Of a DNA stretch of 62,383 bases, positions 48,711 to 58,362 are shown in pieces. The position numbers and the translations under genes are program-made. How positions within the stretch are numbered: position 1 is the stretch's first letter; each line of letters opens with the position of its first letter. The notes beneath the pieces are model-generated. The model was not told where the DNA came from. It was given only the letters and a program-made list of their open reading frames with translations, and did no database searches. The stretch is from an uncultured archaeon (GTDB taxonomy: Archaea > Thermoplasmatota > Poseidoniia > MGIII > CG-Epi1), in NCBI GenBank assembly GCA_964578995.1, contig CAZOEZ010000002.1, positions 1 through 62,383 of the forward strand, written 5' to 3'.

Positions 48711-49274
48711 TTAATTATCTAGAAGGTGGTGTATTAAAGTTATACAGGCTGAACTTAGTAAACTATCTTTTCCCAAATTAATCCTAGGTAAATCAGCTAA
48801 AATTTGCATTTCTTCATCAGTCGGGTCTTTATCATCTCCGAGAATGAAAGTGTTTGCATTTTCTATCTCATCGTTTCCATTTTCACTGAGCAAAACAGGA
48901 TTGGGTAATTTTTTCAAAACTTGTTCTAATCCAATCCGTTCCATAGTGATTCCCGGACTTGTTTCGACCAACCCATTTTCATTTTTATATTTGATAAGTC
49001 CATTTCTAATAAGAGCTGCAGTTGATCTTTCATCAGGGTTTAGATATCTAATTTTTTCCCCACTTAAATGAACAGTTACGGGAGCATTTGGAGGCCCATT
49101 TAGAATTAACCAAACATTCGTATCATGTCTTATGCCATGTGATTTCCAAAGAGCAGTAGTAACACATCTAACTAGAACATCCAGCCTGCCAGCACCTCCG
49201 CAAAGATCATCCAATTTCCAATCCGCAGCAGTATGCGCCCGATGTCCAATTATCACAAAGTTTCTGTCAGCCAA
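48711..49274 (-). CDS. trmY: tRNA (pseudouridine54-N1)-methyltransferase TrmY (SPOUT, DUF358)
   Basis: DLCGGAGRLDVLVRCVTTALWKSHGIRHD, LNPDERSTAALI, FILGDDKDPTDEE and SSACITLIHHLLD align with my recollection of Mj1640. Confidence 0.85.
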   Translation of the reverse strand: MADRNFVIIGHRAHTAADWKLDDLCGGAGRLDVLVRCVTTALWKSHGIRHDTNVWLILNGPPNAPVTVHLSGEKIRYLNPDERSTAALIRNGLIKYKNENGLVETSPGITMERIGLEQVLKKLPNPVLLSENGNDEIENANTFILGDDKDPTDEEMQILADLPRINLGKDSLLSSACITLIHHLLDN

Positions 49275-49303
49275 GGAGAGGGTCTACACTGCTTAGATTA
49301 AAT

Positions 49304-49379
49304 TGGTGCGGGTGCCGGGATTTGAACCCGGGTTGGTGGCTTGGGAAGCCACAGTCATGCCAGACTAGACCACACCCGC
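49304..49379 (-). tRNA. tRNA-Gly (anticodon CCC), 3' CCA genomically encoded
   Basis: The reverse complement is GCGGGTGTGGTCTAGTCTGGCATGACTGTGGCTTCCCAAGCCACCAACCCGGGTTCAAATCCCGGCACCCGCACCA. The anticodon stem GTGGC/GCCAC carries the loop TTCCCAA. Confidence 0.9.
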
Positions 49380-49391
49380 TCTAGTCTAAAC

Positions 49392-51719
49392 TTATTTTTT
49401 TGCCTTTTTCTTTGTAGTGTTCTTCTTTTTTGGCGCTTCGTCTACCATTTCAGCATCTTGTATATCTTCATCAAAATCCCATTCTTCTATTTTACCAAAG
49501 TTGTCATTATTCATTTGGCGCATACTAAAAGTTGCCATTATTGCAGCCCCACAGGCAAATGCCCCCATTCCAAGCCAGATTGATGGGTGCTCAGTAATAC
49601 CCAAATAAAGTCCCGATACTGCCATTCCAGCTAATCCGATTCCCATAATTGCTTCGCCAGCAATTAGACCGGATGCGAATAATATTCCAGGTCCATGCAA
49701 CTTTTCTTTTTCATTGGCTAATTTTTCATCCTGTCCTTTCTTGAATAGTTCAGGTCTAGATTTCTTTAGTGGTACATCAAATCTTTTATCGATATACATT
49801 TTAATCATACCTCCGATAAAAATAGGAATAGTCATTTTTAAGCTTAGATACATCCCTACAGCTACAGCCATTATAGAGATATTTAGCCCCCCTCTTTCGT
49901 TAATCCACCATTGCGTTGCAGCTACAAGCAAGCTTCCTGAGAATAGGAATGCAGCAATTGCACCTTCTAAAAATCCCCCAATAAAGAAAAGAACATATGC
50001 ACAAATTAGGATGTTGACATATTTTTCGGTGTGCCTAAGTGCTATTAGACAAAAGGCAATTCCAGACCCCATGAAAACCATAGACCAATCCATTCCTCCT
50101 CCTAAGATTCCATTTGTTATACTAGCCATTAGGAAAGCTTGAGGCGCTTCTAAGTCTCCATTTATTATCTGATCGGATAATAAATTTAAAACAAGAGGGA
50201 TTGCAACGGCCCCTGCAGCAACACCAACAACTTGACCAATTTGCTGCCTCCAAGGAGTTGCTCCTAGAATATAGCCAGTTTTCAAATCTTGTAAGTTGTC
50301 TCCAGATATAGCGCCCGCACATGCAACAAATGCAGCTACGCCAATTACAGCAACTTGTAATTCAGCAGTATTCTCACCATCATAAATTAAACTATTAACC
50401 AGAGCGAATACTGTAGCAGTTAGAATTACTACGATAATTGTAACCCCTGAAAGTGGATTGTTACTACTACCAACAATACCGGCCATATATCCTGCAACAG
50501 CAGCAAAGAGAAAGCCAGCAGTGAATATGATTAGTAAGGAAAGAATAGCTGGAAGCAACAAGCCTGAAACAATCCATACCATGAAAAACATTGGAATTGC
50601 CATTGCAGCACTAGTTATGGCTATGGAACGAGCAGGCAAATCTTCATCGGTACGGATACTCTTATCATCTGAAACATTTGATTTTGTAGCATCAATCATT
50701 TCAGTTATGCCCTTGAAAAGTGCCTCTCTCATTATAACTAAGGTATAGAGCCCCCCCACTAACATTGTACCAACTCCAACCATTCTTCTTCTACCATTTA
50801 TGTGATTGGCATAATCACCATAAGTGAGTACATCTCCATTTATTATCGCACCTAGGAATTCATCCGTGGGGCTCAAAAGTGTGCTAGCAATTGGCATTAT
50901 TACTATCGCACCTAATAATCCTCCAAAAAATACAAAGCTCGCAATAGCAGGCCCTACGATATACCCAACTCCGAGGAGGGCTGGTGAGAATTCAGCTCCT
51001 AAATAGAATGTAGTTTTAGACTTTGCATAAGCTACAGACTCGTTTAGTTTACCACCCAATGTGTAAAATCCTTGCCATCCATGTTCCCAAAGTCCAATAC
51101 TAACTTGTTTTACAGAGTTATCTACAGTAACCATAAGTGAAGAACATATTTTGTATATAGCACCGAAAGCAATACCTACAAAAATAGGCATAACTTGAGA
51201 TCCGCCCTTTTCCCCTGCAACCAGAACTTCTGCACAAGCTACTCCCTCCGGATACGGTAATTTTTCTTTTACAATAAATATCCTTCTTAAACTAATTGAG
51301 AACAATACTCCAATTGTTCCTCCAACTAATGCAATCATTAGTGTTTTAAAGTATGGAAATTCAGACCATCCCACTTCACCATTACTAGTCTGGTTCATGA
51401 CTAATAATGCCGGTAAAGTGAAAATGACGCCTGCAGCTAATGATTCACCAGATGATACGGCAGTCTGAACCCAATTATTTTCTAGAATATTGGTACCCTT
51501 TGATAGATTTACTTTAACTAAACTTCTTAGCACAGCCATAGAAATTACAGCCGCAGGTATTGAGGCACTTACGGTCATTCCAACATACAGTCCAAGATAC
51601 ACATTTGCAGCCGTCAGCAAAAATCCTAAAACAATGGCTAGGATTATTCCCTGTACAGTTATTTCAGGTAGAATTCTTTTGGCTGAAACATATGGTTTAT
51701 GATTATCCTTTGAAGCCAT
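49392..51719 (-). CDS. OPT-family oligopeptide transporter
   Basis: 775 aa with about 16 or more TM helices. The N-terminal ELT/EITVQGIILAIVLGFLLTAANVYLGLYVGMTVSASIPAAVISMAV block is typical of the OPT superfamily. Confidence 0.85.
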   Translation of the reverse strand: MASKDNHKPYVSAKRILPEITVQGIILAIVLGFLLTAANVYLGLYVGMTVSASIPAAVISMAVLRSLVKVNLSKGTNILENNWVQTAVSSGESLAAGVIFTLPALLVMNQTSNGEVGWSEFPYFKTLMIALVGGTIGVLFSISLRRIFIVKEKLPYPEGVACAEVLVAGEKGGSQVMPIFVGIAFGAIYKICSSLMVTVDNSVKQVSIGLWEHGWQGFYTLGGKLNESVAYAKSKTTFYLGAEFSPALLGVGYIVGPAIASFVFFGGLLGAIVIMPIASTLLSPTDEFLGAIINGDVLTYGDYANHINGRRRMVGVGTMLVGGLYTLVIMREALFKGITEMIDATKSNVSDDKSIRTDEDLPARSIAITSAAMAIPMFFMVWIVSGLLLPAILSLLIIFTAGFLFAAVAGYMAGIVGSSNNPLSGVTIIVVILTATVFALVNSLIYDGENTAELQVAVIGVAAFVACAGAISGDNLQDLKTGYILGATPWRQQIGQVVGVAAGAVAIPLVLNLLSDQIINGDLEAPQAFLMASITNGILGGGMDWSMVFMGSGIAFCLIALRHTEKYVNILICAYVLFFIGGFLEGAIAAFLFSGSLLVAATQWWINERGGLNISIMAVAVGMYLSLKMTIPIFIGGMIKMYIDKRFDVPLKKSRPELFKKGQDEKLANEKEKLHGPGILFASGLIAGEAIMGIGLAGMAVSGLYLGITEHPSIWLGMGAFACGAAIMATFSMRQMNNDNFGKIEEWDFDEDIQDAEMVDEAPKKKNTTKKKAKK

Positions 51720-51797
51720 AACATCTCCCTATTCGTAAAACCGTGATTAATGCTTATGCCCCTCCTCAGTTTTTAACCTACCACTCTCTACCATTTT

Positions 51798-54512
51798 GTG
51801 AGTGAAGGTCTATCGCTACCATTCTTCCACGATTCAGGTTTCACTAGGCAGAAGTGTTCTAAATGTAATAGTTTCTTCTGGTCTACTGTTGAGCGTGAGC
51901 TTTGTGGTGACGCACCTTGTGTAGAATATTCATTCATTGGGAAACCACTTTTTTCGAAACCCATGAATTTGGATGAGGCCCGTGAAGCATTTTTAGCTTT
52001 TTTTGATAAGCATAATCATACAAGAGTTGAGAGAGCTCCCGTTGTGGCTCGCTGGCGTAATGACATTTATCTTTCAATAGCATCAATTGCAGTATTCCAG
52101 CCTCATGTGACTAGTGGTGCTTCTAAGCCACCAGCAAATCCTTTGGCAATATCACAGCCTTGTATTCGTCTGAATGATTTAGAATCAGTGGGTCGCAGTG
52201 GTCGGCATTTAACAACATTTGAAATGATGGCACACCATGCTTTCAATACAGAAAAGAAGAAGATTTATTGGCAAAATCGTACGGTTGACCTCTGTCACGA
52301 ATTGTATACAAGTCTAGGTTTAGATGGTGCAAAAATAACTTACAAGGAAAATCCATGGGTTGGTGGGGGAAACGGTGGTGAAGCTCTTGAAGTTCTAGCA
52401 GGAGGCCTTGAACTAGCAACTTTGGTTTTCATGGACCTTGAAGAAGATTCTGATGGTGATATAGAGCTAAAAGGCTTAAAATTTCGAAGAATGCCTAGAT
52501 CGATAGTTGACACTGGCTATGGCCTTGAAAGATTAGTTTGGGCTTCACAAGGTACTCCTACAATCTATGAAGCTGTATTTCCTGAAGCAGTCTCACATCT
52601 TACTCAAAGAGCAAATTTAGAAGAACTATTACAGACTTCAGGCTCCCTTATTTCAGAGAATGCAAAGTTGTGTGGTGTTTTGTCTGTTGATTACGGGTCG
52701 GATTTAACAGAATTAAGGCAGATGGTTCTTGATCGCTTAAACGCTTCAGGTCATAAATTATCACTTTCAGAATTTACTTCAACAATTGAACCTTTGGAGA
52801 AATTATTTGCAATTGTTGATCACTCCAGAGCCTTGGCCTTCATGTTTGGCGATGGTATTGTTCCTAGTAATGTGAAGGCAGGTTATTTGGCACGAATGGT
52901 TTTGAGACGTACAGTTCTTCTATTGAAAGATATAAGAGTGCCAAATGCACTGCCTGAAATGGTAGAGCACCATATAGATCATTTTTCAAAAACATATCCT
53001 GAACTTACTTCTAATAAATCACATATACTGGATATGGTCAATTTAGAAATTGAACGTTTTACCCAGACATTGGAACGAGGTCGCCGCGCAGTTCAGAGAG
53101 CTATTGAATCTGGAGGTATCAATCAGAACAAATTATTGGAACTATATGATTCACAAGGCTTACCACCTTCTGTAGTAAGTGATTTCGCGAGCGAACAAGG
53201 CCATTCAATTGAAGTTCCAGATGGTTTCTTAGCAATGGTTGCGGACAGGCACCAAGGCGAAACAAAGAACAAAAAGAAACAAGTAGCTTCAATTAATGTT
53301 CAACCAACAAAATTAGATTTTTATGGAGATATGGAAAAACGTTCTTTCACCTCTAAAGTAGTTTTTTCTGAGAAAAAAAGGATAGCCTTAGAAAACACAT
53401 TATTTTACCCCGAAGGAGGAGGGCAACTCGGCGATACTGGAATTGTTAGTTGGAGTAATCAAAAAAGTAAGATTATAGATGTTCAGAAGATAGGGGATGT
53501 TGTAGTTCACCATATTGAGGACGATGCACCTCCTGTTGGAACCGAAATTTCAGGAACCGTTGATGATAATCGCCGTTCAAGTTTGAGCAGACATCACACA
53601 GCAACACACTTGATTGGAGCTGCAGCTAGGGAAATCTTGGGTTCACACGTTTGGCAGGCCGGAGCTTCAAAATCTACAGATAGAGCTAGATTAGATATCA
53701 CTCATCATCGAAGATTAAATCGTGATTTAGTCGAAGTTATTGAATCTAGAGTAAACGAGTTAATTCTAGAAGATCATTCTCTAACTACTAAATTTCATAG
53801 TCGTGAAGATGCAGATAGAAAATATGGCAATACTTTGTATCAAGGAGGGGCTCCAAAATACAAGGAAGTTAGAGTGGTAGAAATCCCAAATATAGACGCC
53901 CAAGCTTGTGCAGGTACACACGTCTCTTCAACCTCTAAAGTGGAGGCCGTCAAGGTTTTGAGGACAGAGCGGATACAGGATGGTGTGGAACGCATAGAAT
54001 TCTCAGCCGGACCGGATGCGATTAAGGCAGCACAGAAGGAAAGAGCCCTATTGGAAAAGACTGCTGAAGAATTAGGAGTTCCTGTTGATCAAGCACCTGA
54101 CGCAGCACATAAATTTGTTAAAGAATGGAAAGAACTGCGAACACGTGTCTCATCATTAGAGAAGGAATTAGCATCGTTTAAATCTTCTGATTTCAAGGCT
54201 GAAAATATAGGAAGTATCAAATTTTATTCAAAAGATATGGGTAATGCTGATTTTGCAGAAGTTCAGAAACTGGTACGAGAACTTACTTCGGAAGAGGGTA
54301 GTTTAGTAGCAATGAGTTGTGCAAGTGGAGACAAGGGCACAGTAGTTTTAGCCAAATCTACTTCTGTCAATTTAGATTGTGGTAAAATTCTTAGTGAGGC
54401 ATTGTCTTCAGTTGGAGGAAGTGGTGGCGGCAAGGATTCATATGCGCAAGGAGCTTGTTCGAAGGATAAACTATCAGATGCCCTTTCCAAAATTCGAGAT
54501 TTAGTTTCTTAG
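51798..54512 (+). CDS. alaS: Alanine-tRNA ligase (archaeal type)
   Basis: GTG start. N-terminal FTRQKCSKCNSFFWS, class II core, editing-domain HHTATHL, C-terminal DHHA1-like GGSGGGK. Confidence 0.95.
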   Translation: MSEGLSLPFFHDSGFTRQKCSKCNSFFWSTVERELCGDAPCVEYSFIGKPLFSKPMNLDEAREAFLAFFDKHNHTRVERAPVVARWRNDIYLSIASIAVFQPHVTSGASKPPANPLAISQPCIRLNDLESVGRSGRHLTTFEMMAHHAFNTEKKKIYWQNRTVDLCHELYTSLGLDGAKITYKENPWVGGGNGGEALEVLAGGLELATLVFMDLEEDSDGDIELKGLKFRRMPRSIVDTGYGLERLVWASQGTPTIYEAVFPEAVSHLTQRANLEELLQTSGSLISENAKLCGVLSVDYGSDLTELRQMVLDRLNASGHKLSLSEFTSTIEPLEKLFAIVDHSRALAFMFGDGIVPSNVKAGYLARMVLRRTVLLLKDIRVPNALPEMVEHHIDHFSKTYPELTSNKSHILDMVNLEIERFTQTLERGRRAVQRAIESGGINQNKLLELYDSQGLPPSVVSDFASEQGHSIEVPDGFLAMVADRHQGETKNKKKQVASINVQPTKLDFYGDMEKRSFTSKVVFSEKKRIALENTLFYPEGGGQLGDTGIVSWSNQKSKIIDVQKIGDVVVHHIEDDAPPVGTEISGTVDDNRRSSLSRHHTATHLIGAAAREILGSHVWQAGASKSTDRARLDITHHRRLNRDLVEVIESRVNELILEDHSLTTKFHSREDADRKYGNTLYQGGAPKYKEVRVVEIPNIDAQACAGTHVSSTSKVEAVKVLRTERIQDGVERIEFSAGPDAIKAAQKERALLEKTAEELGVPVDQAPDAAHKFVKEWKELRTRVSSLEKELASFKSSDFKAENIGSIKFYSKDMGNADFAEVQKLVRELTSEEGSLVAMSCASGDKGTVVLAKSTSVNLDCGKILSEALSSVGGSGGGKDSYAQGACSKDKLSDALSKIRDLVS

Positions 54513-54896
54513 TTATTTTGTTTCTACCATTATACAGGAATTCATCAGATATTTTATGCCGTGGCTTTCTCTCAATAATTGTTCTAATTCATCACTTTCT
54601 GACCCTGGCTGGAACCAGAGATGTGTTATTCCTAAATCTATAGCTTTTTGTGCTATCTTAATTGCTATTTTAGGAGGCACAACAAAATTGACTATGTCTG
54701 GTAAGTTATCCATTACATCAATGGAGGCATACGCTTTGTCTCCTTCAATTTTGCTTTCTCTAGGATTTATAGGAAAAACATTGTATCCTTTTTTTCTGAG
54801 GTCTAGATATATTCGGTTTCCAAATTTAGAAGAATCATTTGAAGCACCAACTAATGCGATTCGCGTATTCTTTCCCTTCATTTTTTGCAGAACCAT
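54513..54896 (-). CDS. CoA-binding domain protein (YccU/YneT-like)
   Basis: RIALVGASNDSSKFGNRIYLDLRKKGYNVFPINP is the classic CoA-binding Rossmann signature. Confidence 0.8.
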   Translation of the reverse strand: MVLQKMKGKNTRIALVGASNDSSKFGNRIYLDLRKKGYNVFPINPRESKIEGDKAYASIDVMDNLPDIVNFVVPPKIAIKIAQKAIDLGITHLWFQPGSESDELEQLLRESHGIKYLMNSCIMVETK

Positions 54897-54983
54897 TTTT
54901 GTTTGTACAATCGCTCAGTTTTTAATGTTTGAGATTTAATTCGGAAACGTTTCTAAAGTTTACATTTTTCAAGCTTCTAAATC

Positions 54984-55003
54984 CGGGGGACTATAGTCCC
55001 CCG
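54984..55003. promoter_or_regulatory. 20-bp perfect palindrome CGGGGGACTATAGTCCCCCG in the divergent CoA-binding/topA intergenic region
   Basis: Read directly. It lies between the two divergent core promoters, so it is not a terminator for either flanking gene. A second 10-bp palindrome, GAAACGTTTC, is at 54944-54953. Confidence 0.3.
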
Positions 55004-55057
55004 TAATATTCGGCTTCCAGAAAAAGATATTTATTCTACCTTTCAAGCAGGCAGTCA

Positions 55058-57316
55058 ATGGATTTGGTAGTAGTTGAGTCTGGTGCAAAAGCCAAAACAA
55101 TTCAGAAATATTTAGGTAAGAATATATTGGTAAGAGCTTCAGTTGGTCATGTTCAGGACTTACCTACAAAGGGAAAGGATGGCAGTAAAGCATTGTGGAG
55201 CCATACCGATAATAGTCTACCTAATCCCCCTTGGGATTGGACCGAAAGAGCGGAAAAGACGGTCAAACGGATTATTTCAGATAGCCGCCGTAAGAAGGTA
55301 GATAGAGTTCTTATCGCTACAGATCCAGATAGGGAAGGAGAATTCATAGCCTGGAGACTGGTTGAGTTGCTTTCTGAATTTGGTGATATTCAAAGGATTA
55401 CTTTCAATGAAATAACTGAAACAGCGATAAAACAGGCTCTACAAGCAGCAGGGACGGTAGACATGAATCTTGTTGATGCGGCTAAGGTTCGTAGATTTAT
55501 GGATCGTTTGATTGGTTATCGAACTTCACGCTTTGCTAGATCCTGGAGCTTAAGTTCTATGGGTCGTGTTCAGACCCCAACTCTTGGTTTTGTAGTTAAG
55601 CGCGAAAAAGAAATTCAGAAATTTATTCCAACACCTTATTGGGCAGTTCAAGCCATTGCTTCTGGGATAGACTTTAGAGTTCGATTTCATGAGAAGGATG
55701 ATCCATTAGTCTGGAAAGATGAAAAAGGAAAAATTGACATTCATCGTACAAATGATTCGAATTTGGCTAATAAGGCTTATGAATATTTGAATTTAGAGTC
55801 TCAAGTAACTGCTAAGAAAGTGTCTTTAAATGATTACAAAAGACGTCCTAAACCACCTTTTACCACAGATACATTACTTCAGGTTTCTGGAAGCAAATAT
55901 AATTGGCGACCAAGTAATACTATGCGTGTCGCTCAAGGACTTTATGAGGCTGGACACATAACATACATGCGAACGGATTCCACACGTACTAGTGCATCTT
56001 CTCGCGATAGGGCAAGGGATTTTATCACTTCTAAATGGGGTTCTGAGTTTGTAGGGAAAGGTTCACTTGGAGGAAAACCAAAATCGGGTGTTCAGGATGC
56101 ACACGAAGCAATTAGACCAACTAATCCTTTATCGGAATTACCAAATGGATTAGATGAATCTCAGGTGCGTTTGTATCGTTTAATTTGGTCAAGATTTATA
56201 GCTAGTCAAATGTGTAATTCAGAATGGGCTAGTATGAAAATTCAGGCGCAACTTGAGACATTTGAGAAATTATTAGATGGAGATACTAAGTGGAGGGTAA
56301 AACCGGGTTGGGAATCTGCATTTGAAGCAATTGATAGGTCTCCTGCTTCTTCACCACCTTCTCCTGAAATTATAGAAGGTAGCAAAATTAAATTAGATAA
56401 TAAAGGAGATAATCCAAAATTAATTGAGGATAAAACAAAACCTCCTGCCCGCTACACACAACATGGTTTGGTTGCACTGATGAAATCAGAGGGCATTGGT
56501 CGTCCTTCTACATATGCTGCAACTATTAAGAAATTATTGGATCGTAAGTATTGTAGTGATATGAAAGGACGTCTTAAGCCAACGGAACAAGGAGTGCTAC
56601 TTTGTGATGAAGTAGTACCGTTTTACAATTCCCAAGAAGAAAAAATTAGTTTATTTTCTTCATCATTTACTTCTAAAATGGAATCAGATTTAGACCAAAT
56701 AGAAACAGGTCAACAGGATGGAGCTTCAGTATGGGACGGTTTTGTTAATTCATTTAGACGGCTTCATGAAGCTGCAATATCCAAGAAGAAAGAGACACCT
56801 ACTAAGCGCCAATTAGACTATTATATGCGCTTGGTCGAGTTAGTTTCCAAATCTGAATTAGAAAATATTATAGGTGATGAAGAGCCACATAAAATGGACG
56901 GTGAAAGAATAGGCGAAGTCATTGATAAACTTAAGAAAGCTACAGAAGATATTGCCCTTCCAGCTTCAGCAAAACAAATATCTTACGTTCAAAGTTTGGC
57001 CGAATCATTAGAAATGGATGAATCTTCAGCATGTGCGTTAGTTGGTGCGTCAAATTTTAGTGATCTTACAGGTGGAAAATCTGGGACAGCAAGTGATCTT
57101 ATTGGCCAACTTAAGAATAAGACAGATAGCGTACCTAGGCCGCCAAGTCCTAAGCAATTAAATTTCATTAAAAATTTGGTTAAGAAAGCAGATCTCGAAG
57201 AAGAAGCTGCTTGTAAGTTAGTGGGCATAAATACATATTCAGAATTGTCTGGAGGCCGTCAAGGAACAGCTAGTAAATTGATAGAATCTTTGCGTAAAAA
57301 GTCAAGTAAAAAATAA
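55058..57316 (+). CDS. topA: DNA topoisomerase I/III, type IA, with cysteine-free repeat C-terminus
   Basis: Toprim (MDLVVVESGAKAKTIQKYLG, DPDREGEFIAW), the active-site Tyr context GHITYMRTDS and HEAIRPT. The C-terminal 170 aa are repeats instead of Zn ribbons. Confidence 0.92.
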   Translation: MDLVVVESGAKAKTIQKYLGKNILVRASVGHVQDLPTKGKDGSKALWSHTDNSLPNPPWDWTERAEKTVKRIISDSRRKKVDRVLIATDPDREGEFIAWRLVELLSEFGDIQRITFNEITETAIKQALQAAGTVDMNLVDAAKVRRFMDRLIGYRTSRFARSWSLSSMGRVQTPTLGFVVKREKEIQKFIPTPYWAVQAIASGIDFRVRFHEKDDPLVWKDEKGKIDIHRTNDSNLANKAYEYLNLESQVTAKKVSLNDYKRRPKPPFTTDTLLQVSGSKYNWRPSNTMRVAQGLYEAGHITYMRTDSTRTSASSRDRARDFITSKWGSEFVGKGSLGGKPKSGVQDAHEAIRPTNPLSELPNGLDESQVRLYRLIWSRFIASQMCNSEWASMKIQAQLETFEKLLDGDTKWRVKPGWESAFEAIDRSPASSPPSPEIIEGSKIKLDNKGDNPKLIEDKTKPPARYTQHGLVALMKSEGIGRPSTYAATIKKLLDRKYCSDMKGRLKPTEQGVLLCDEVVPFYNSQEEKISLFSSSFTSKMESDLDQIETGQQDGASVWDGFVNSFRRLHEAAISKKKETPTKRQLDYYMRLVELVSKSELENIIGDEEPHKMDGERIGEVIDKLKKATEDIALPASAKQISYVQSLAESLEMDESSACALVGASNFSDLTGGKSGTASDLIGQLKNKTDSVPRPPSPKQLNFIKNLVKKADLEEEAACKLVGINTYSELSGGRQGTASKLIESLRKKSSKK

Positions 57317-57375
57317 TCTTTTAGATAATGGTTAGAAACCGAAGATAGTTTAAGTAAGCCCTAAATCGAATTTTT

Positions 57376-58362
57376 GTGTCGACTATTAGATTATTAACAG
57401 CCTCTACCGGGAAAGCTGGTGAAAAAACGCTTCAAACAGAAGATTTAGCTACAGCTTTACCAAATATCAAAAGTGGTTGGTTAGACATACTAAATCCTGG
57501 TGAGGCCGAAAAGAAGTTTATGCTCGAAGACCTGAATTTCCACCCTCTAGCTGTTGAAGACTGTTTTGCAGATCCGGTCGATAGAGCTGAACACTATGAG
57601 TCTCATCGCTTCGTCGTTTTGAAAGCACGAGATGCGGATTCTGAACTCGATACCGAATATCTTCTTGTTTTCTTAACTGATAATTTGTTGGTAACAGTTA
57701 GAAATACAGTAATTCCTGCCGTGGAGCGATTTAGAGATAGATACAGATCTATAAGGCGTCAAAAGAGGCTGGAAAGAGGTCCCGAATTCTTACTTTATGA
57801 ATTATTGGATTCAGTGGCAGATGACTGGATGGATATTCTGTCTAATTATAGCGATAAATTAGACAATCTTGAGGATCGTGTTTTTGACCCTCACACTCGT
57901 TATTCTAATTTACTTGAATCTTTACACCAAATTAAGCAAGACCTTAGAGAAATTCAAAAGTCTATCATTCCACTTCAGAATATAGTAGGCAGGTTAATGA
58001 GGCCTGATGAAGAATTTATTTCTGAAGAAAATTATCTTTATTTCCGTGATTTAGCTGATGTGATTAAGGGATTAGTAATTCAAGTTGAGAATTATTCTTC
58101 AGGGGCGGCTTCAACAAGAGACACTTATCTTTCTCAAGTTTCAGTAAGACTTAGCGAATCAAATTCTCGTTTAAGTGAAGTAATGACCACTTTAACAGTT
58201 ATTGGTTCCATTATGCTTCCTCTTTCGCTTATTGCAGGCATTGCAGGTATGAATATTGGTTCGGATTTCGATTTTACACAGATTGTTTCAGTTATGATTG
58301 GATTTACAGGGATTATGCTTTTCTACTTTTACCGTAAGGGGTGGATTGGACCCCAAAAATGA
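57376..58362 (+). CDS. corA: Magnesium/cobalt transporter CorA
   Basis: GTG start. Cytoplasmic funnel domain (HPLAVEDC), two C-terminal TM helices with the GMN motif (IAGMNIG). Confidence 0.88.
   Translation: MSTIRLLTASTGKAGEKTLQTEDLATALPNIKSGWLDILNPGEAEKKFMLEDLNFHPLAVEDCFADPVDRAEHYESHRFVVLKARDADSELDTEYLLVFLTDNLLVTVRNTVIPAVERFRDRYRSIRRQKRLERGPEFLLYELLDSVADDWMDILSNYSDKLDNLEDRVFDPHTRYSNLLESLHQIKQDLREIQKSIIPLQNIVGRLMRPDEEFISEENYLYFRDLADVIKGLVIQVENYSSGAASTRDTYLSQVSVRLSESNSRLSEVMTTLTVIGSIMLPLSLIAGIAGMNIGSDFDFTQIVSVMIGFTGIMLFYFYRKGWIGPQK

Noticed and set aside
49341-49608. Two small plus-strand ORFs (80 and 63 aa)
   Set aside because: They overlap tRNA-Gly(CCC) and the antisense 3' end of the OPT transporter gene, and are low-complexity hydrophobic translations.
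49714-51702. Several 60-142-aa plus-strand ORFs within the OPT transporter gene
   Set aside because: They are antisense to a continuous 775-aa polytopic transporter. Their hydrophobic translations are typical of the reverse strand of membrane-protein genes.
54556-54939. 127-aa plus-strand ORF that mirrors the CoA-binding gene almost exactly
   Set aside because: It is an antisense shadow ORF. The minus-strand product has the classic CoA-binding signature (RIALVGAS...KFGN...), whereas the plus-strand product is low-complexity with no recognisable motif.
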